Source of the DNA: Thermodesulfobacteriota bacterium
GTDB lineage: Bacteria > Desulfobacterota_D > UBA1144
Direction of reading: 5' to 3'
DNA: 64,000 bases
Assembly (NCBI GenBank): GCA_029246845.1
Contig: JAQWMJ010000040.1
Coordinates: 10,763 to 74,762, forward strand
Each line of letters opens with the position of its first letter. Positions within the stretch are counted from its first letter, which is position 1. Below, piece after piece: positions 60,605-64,000 of this stretch. Under the pieces are notes generated by a model. It saw nothing but the letters and a program-made list of their open reading frames with translations, had not been told where the DNA came from and did no database searches. Both the position numbers and the translations under genes were made by a program.

Positions 60605-62101
60605 ATGTATAAAAAGATTTTAATTGCTAATCGTGGAGAAATTGCTGTAAGAATAATAAGAGCGGCAAAAGAACTTGGAATAAAAACAGTCGCTGTTTAT
60701 TCCGACGCTGATAAGAATTCACTACATGTAAACTTAGCAGATCAGGCATACAATATAGGTAAGTCTCTTCCAAGTCAGAGCTACCTCGTGGCTAAAAAAA
60801 TAATTTCAGTAGCTAAGAAAGCAAAGTGTGATGGTGTTCATCCGGGATACGGTTTCTTATCTGAAAATGCAGAATTTGCTGAAGAATGTATTAAGAATAA
60901 AATTGATTTCATTGGACCAAGCGCGGAAGCTATTAGGTTAATGGGTGACAAGATAACATCAAGGGAAATTGCCAAAACTGCAAAAGTACCGTTAGTTCCT
61001 GGAACTGATGGTGAGGTTAATGATGATGAAGCTTTAGGAATTGCGAAAAAAATTGGCTTTCCATTAATGATAAAAGCATCTGCGGGTGGTGGTGGAAAGG
61101 GAATGAGGTTAGTTCACGAAGAGTCTGAATTCGAAAACTCTCTTAAGATGGCAAAGAGTGAAGCTAAAAATGCTTTTAACAATGATGCTGTTTTTATTGA
61201 AAGGTTTGTTCAAGAACCAAGACATATTGAGATACAAATTCTTGGAGACAAAAAAGGTAATGTTGTGCATCTTTTTGAAAGAGAGTGCTCAATACAAAGA
61301 AGACATCAAAAGGTTGTCGAAGAGGCACCCTCTCCTGGTGTAAGTGAGAAAACTAGAAAGAAAATGGGTGAAATTGCTGTACAGCTTGCTAAAAAAGTTT
61401 CATATTCCGGGGCAGGTACCGTTGAGTTTATAATGGATCAAAAAGAAAACTTTTATTTTCTAGAAATGAACACCAGAGTTCAAGTTGAACACCCTATAAC
61501 GGAAATGATCACTGGCATAGATATAGTTAAAGAAATGATTAAGGTTTCCTATGGACATGAATTGAGTTTTAAACAAAAAGATATAGTAAGAAAAGGTCAT
61601 GCTATAGAATGTAGAGTGTGTGCTGAGGACCCTGACAACAATTTCCTTCCTACACCTGGAACAATCTTTTATGTTAAACCACCTCAAGGTCCTGGTGTAA
61701 GAGATGATTCTTCACTTTTTAATGGATATAAAGTTACTACTTTTTATGACCCAATGCTTTCCAAACTTATAGTGTGGTCAGAAGATAGAGATAGTGCAAT
61801 AAAAAGAATGTCCAGAGCACTCTCTGAATATATTGTCTTGGGAGTTAAAACAAACCTTGGATTTCTTGTAAGATTAATGGATGATAAGGATTTTATTTCT
61901 GGTAAATTAGATACAGGTTTTATAGAAAAACATAAGAAACTTTTAAAGATTCCAAAAGAAAATTCCAATATAGCTACTGTTGCATCCGCAATAATGCTCC
62001 ATGCGGGAATAGGAGTTGAAAATCTAGAGAGGGATCCTAGATTTACTCCATGGAAATATATAGCAAGGAGAGCAAGCGTTTCTAGAAACTCTATGTTCTA
62101 G
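60605..62101 (+). CDS. Biotin carboxylase subunit of acyl-CoA carboxylase (ATP-grasp), separate from BCCP
   Basis: 498 aa. KILIANRGEIAVRIIRA. ATP-grasp Gly-rich loop KASAGGGGKGMR. EMNTRVQVEHPITE motif. About 50 aa C-terminal extension beyond the usual 450-aa AccC. Confidence 0.9.
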   Translation: MYKKILIANRGEIAVRIIRAAKELGIKTVAVYSDADKNSLHVNLADQAYNIGKSLPSQSYLVAKKIISVAKKAKCDGVHPGYGFLSENAEFAEECIKNKIDFIGPSAEAIRLMGDKITSREIAKTAKVPLVPGTDGEVNDDEALGIAKKIGFPLMIKASAGGGGKGMRLVHEESEFENSLKMAKSEAKNAFNNDAVFIERFVQEPRHIEIQILGDKKGNVVHLFERECSIQRRHQKVVEEAPSPGVSEKTRKKMGEIAVQLAKKVSYSGAGTVEFIMDQKENFYFLEMNTRVQVEHPITEMITGIDIVKEMIKVSYGHELSFKQKDIVRKGHAIECRVCAEDPDNNFLPTPGTIFYVKPPQGPGVRDDSSLFNGYKVTTFYDPMLSKLIVWSEDRDSAIKRMSRALSEYIVLGVKTNLGFLVRLMDDKDFISGKLDTGFIEKHKKLLKIPKENSNIATVASAIMLHAGIGVENLERDPRFTPWKYIARRASVSRNSMF

Positions 62102-62118
62102 AAAGCAGTATAGTTATA

Positions 62119-62619
62119 ATGAAATATGATTTAAAAATTAATAAAAAAATAGTTTCTTTTGAATTAGTAGAAAAAGATAATAACTACAAGATACTACTAG
62201 ATGAAAAAAAATACTCTGCAGAATTAGTAAAAATTGATTCAAACCTATACTCTTTAATGTGCGATGGTTCTACTTATACTATTGCAATACAAAAAGAGGG
62301 AAAAAGAATTGACTTATTCTTTAGGGGAGATTTATTTAGCTATGAGATCCCATCACAAAGAGATAAGGGCGGGACTGAGAATACATCAGGAATCGATAAA
62401 ATTTCAGCTCCAATGCCAGGAAGAGTAGTAAAGCTCCTCAAGGAAACAGGTGACATGGTCTCGGAGGGTGAGGGTGTTGTTGTTGTAGAAGCAATGAAAA
62501 TGGAAAGCGAACTTAAGACAACAATAGATGGAAAAATAACTGATATTAGCGTCAAGGAAGGGGATACTCTTGACTTAGGTGCTCACATATTAACAGTTGA
62601 ATCACAAGATAAAAAATAA
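62119..62619 (+). CDS. Biotin carboxyl carrier protein-like subunit (linker plus biotinyl domain)
   Basis: 166 aa. C-terminal biotinyl domain with the EAMKM biotinylation motif (VVVEAMKMESEL). N-terminal about 90 aa resembles the BC-CT interaction linker of PccA-type alpha subunits. Confidence 0.8.
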   Translation: MKYDLKINKKIVSFELVEKDNNYKILLDEKKYSAELVKIDSNLYSLMCDGSTYTIAIQKEGKRIDLFFRGDLFSYEIPSQRDKGGTENTSGIDKISAPMPGRVVKLLKETGDMVSEGEGVVVVEAMKMESELKTTIDGKITDISVKEGDTLDLGAHILTVESQDKK

Positions 62620-62634
62620 TATTATTACTCTATA

Positions 62635-64000
62635 TTGAAAAATTTTCTTTTAATAATCTTTTTAATTTTATCATCTATAAATGATTCTCACCCATCTCCC
62701 ATAAGAATTAATATTGGTAGTGAGCCTGGAACCTTAGATTGGAATCTAGCAACGGATAGTTCTTCTTTTCAAATAATTAACAACATAATGGCTGGCCTAA
62801 CAAGTTTCAATAGTGAGCTTAAGCTAGTACCAAATCTAGCAGAATCGTGGATTATTAACAAAAAAGATAAGACTATAACAATTAAAATAAAAGAAAATAT
62901 TAAATGGTCTGACGGTACAGAATTAATATCAAAACACTTCATAGACTCGTGGGAAAGACTATTGAATCCCAATACAGCTGCTGACTATGCATACTTTCTT
63001 TATGATATTAAGAACGCTAAAGAATATAATCTTGGAATAATAAAGGAATTTAAATTAGTAGGGGTAAAGTCGCTTGATAATAAAACAATTTTAATTAATT
63101 TAAATGAAAATAAGTCCTATTTTATGAGCCTTTTAAGTTTTATGTCTACATTTCCAATAAGAATTGAGCAGGTCCAAGCTCACAATGAAAAATGGATTCA
63201 ACCAGAAAATATATTAACTTTAGGGAAATATGGTCTTAGCAAATGGGAAAGTCATGAATATATTCTGTTGGAGCCAAGAAACAATGAACTTAAATCAGTC
63301 TTGCTTTTAATGAACGATAATCCATCGTCTTCACTTGCAATGTTTGAGAATGGCAAGCTTGACGTTATAGACGGAGGCGGAATCCCCCTACTTGAAATTC
63401 CATATCTTAAATCAAAGAAACTATTAAATTTTGAATCACAATTCAGAAATAATTATATTGGTTTTAATGTTAAGAAATTTCCATTCAACAATAAGGAGGT
63501 GCGTAAGGCTTTTTCTCTGGCAATAGACAAATCTATATTTGAAAAAGTTTTATATAACACCGTAATTAAAACTGAATCATGGATTCCACCTGGCCTAATT
63601 GGTAGCATCCACAGCAATAAACCAAGATACAACAAAGAAATAGCAAATGAACTATTAAATCAAAATGGTTTTGAAGATAGAGGTAAGTTCCCAAAAGTTA
63701 TGTTTCTATTCCCTGAAAGTGGCAACAACAGAATTATTGCTGAAATACTCCAAACAATGTGGATGGAGAACCTAGGAGTTCAGGTTGAAATTCGCGGACT
63801 TGAATGGAAAATTTATCTGATTACGCTAGATATTGATAGACCTCATATGTTTCGTGCTGGATGGGCAGCTGACTATCCAGATCCACATAACTTTATGAAT
63901 ATTTTTTCGTGTAATGGTGGGAACAATGAAACGGGATGGTGTAACAGTAACTATGATGAAAAAATTAATAAAGCTTCTTATGAAACATCAGAAGAAAAAA
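62635..64000 (+). CDS. ABC transporter substrate-binding protein, family 5 (peptide/nickel; DppA/OppA-like), partial; continues beyond the window
   Basis: Open frame from a TTG at 62635 (no ATG) to the window end, about 455 aa. Signal-peptide-like KNFLLIIFLILSSI. SBP_bac_5 blocks ...PNLAESW...KFHDG (here WSDGTELISKHF) and ...FNVKKFPFNNKEVRKAFSLAIDK.... Confidence 0.75.
   Translation, partial: MKNFLLIIFLILSSINDSHPSPIRINIGSEPGTLDWNLATDSSSFQIINNIMAGLTSFNSELKLVPNLAESWIINKKDKTITIKIKENIKWSDGTELISKHFIDSWERLLNPNTAADYAYFLYDIKNAKEYNLGIIKEFKLVGVKSLDNKTILINLNENKSYFMSLLSFMSTFPIRIEQVQAHNEKWIQPENILTLGKYGLSKWESHEYILLEPRNNELKSVLLLMNDNPSSSLAMFENGKLDVIDGGGIPLLEIPYLKSKKLLNFESQFRNNYIGFNVKKFPFNNKEVRKAFSLAIDKSIFEKVLYNTVIKTESWIPPGLIGSIHSNKPRYNKEIANELLNQNGFEDRGKFPKVMFLFPESGNNRIIAEILQTMWMENLGVQVEIRGLEWKIYLITLDIDRPHMFRAGWAADYPDPHNFMNIFSCNGGNNETGWCNSNYDEKINKASYETSEEK

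Noticed and set aside
60583-62119. Calling the BC / BCCP pair a pseudogene (frameshifted pccA)
   Set aside because: Both ORFs are intact with their own spacing. The sizes match known three-subunit carboxylases. There is no direct evidence of an indel. Left as an open question in findings.

Overview
This window is an AT-rich (roughly 30% GC by eye), very gene-dense chromosomal segment from a Gram-negative bacterium, probably a streamlined marine lineage. Evidence for the Gram-negative envelope includes an RND efflux pair, Slt, DsbA with a lipoprotein signal and LpoA-type neighbours. It holds about 65 protein-coding genes, most separated by 60 nt or less and many with overlapping stop/start codons. 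I found no rRNA, tRNA, CRISPR array, integrase or transposase. Content is overwhelmingly core housekeeping: argS, yebC, rho, rrf2-sufBCD, rplM-rpsI, an inositol-3-phosphate synthase, the F-type ATP synthase block atpF'-F-H-A-G-D-C (minus strand) headed by a translationally coupled CPA-type cation/proton antiporter, a ClC channel, purB, PIN/TRAM-ispD-ispF, speB-like, sod-ilvD-coaBC, HU, an RND efflux adaptor and pump, pyrE, nrdAB, mscS, argH, queF, slt, hisB-hisH, two tandem CNNM/CorC paralogues, thiL, a class-V aminotransferase, ruvX, gltX, coaE, a three-ORF acyl-CoA carboxylase (CT, BC, BCCP) and a family-5 peptide SBP running off the 3' end. I do not see a self-contained novel multi-gene system. 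The items most worth a second look are: (1) a 119-aa Hjc/YraN-fold PD-(D/E)xK nuclease convergent with yebC, where ruvC usually sits; (2) a lysine/alanine-rich histone-H1-like protein built from about 21 copies of an 18-nt coding tandem repeat; (3) a cation/proton antiporter whose stop is 2 nt from the atpF' start, with atpB/atpE absent from the locus; (4) an alpha/beta-hydrolase whose conserved N-terminal ~55 codons lie in-frame upstream of the only ATG, have no canonical start codon and overlap the ruvX stop; (5) an orphan OppC/DppC-like permease wedged between queF and slt; (6) NrdR-box-like palindromes plus an unusually GC-rich structured leader upstream of nrdAB; (7) two conserved proteins of unknown function (437 aa and 417 aa).
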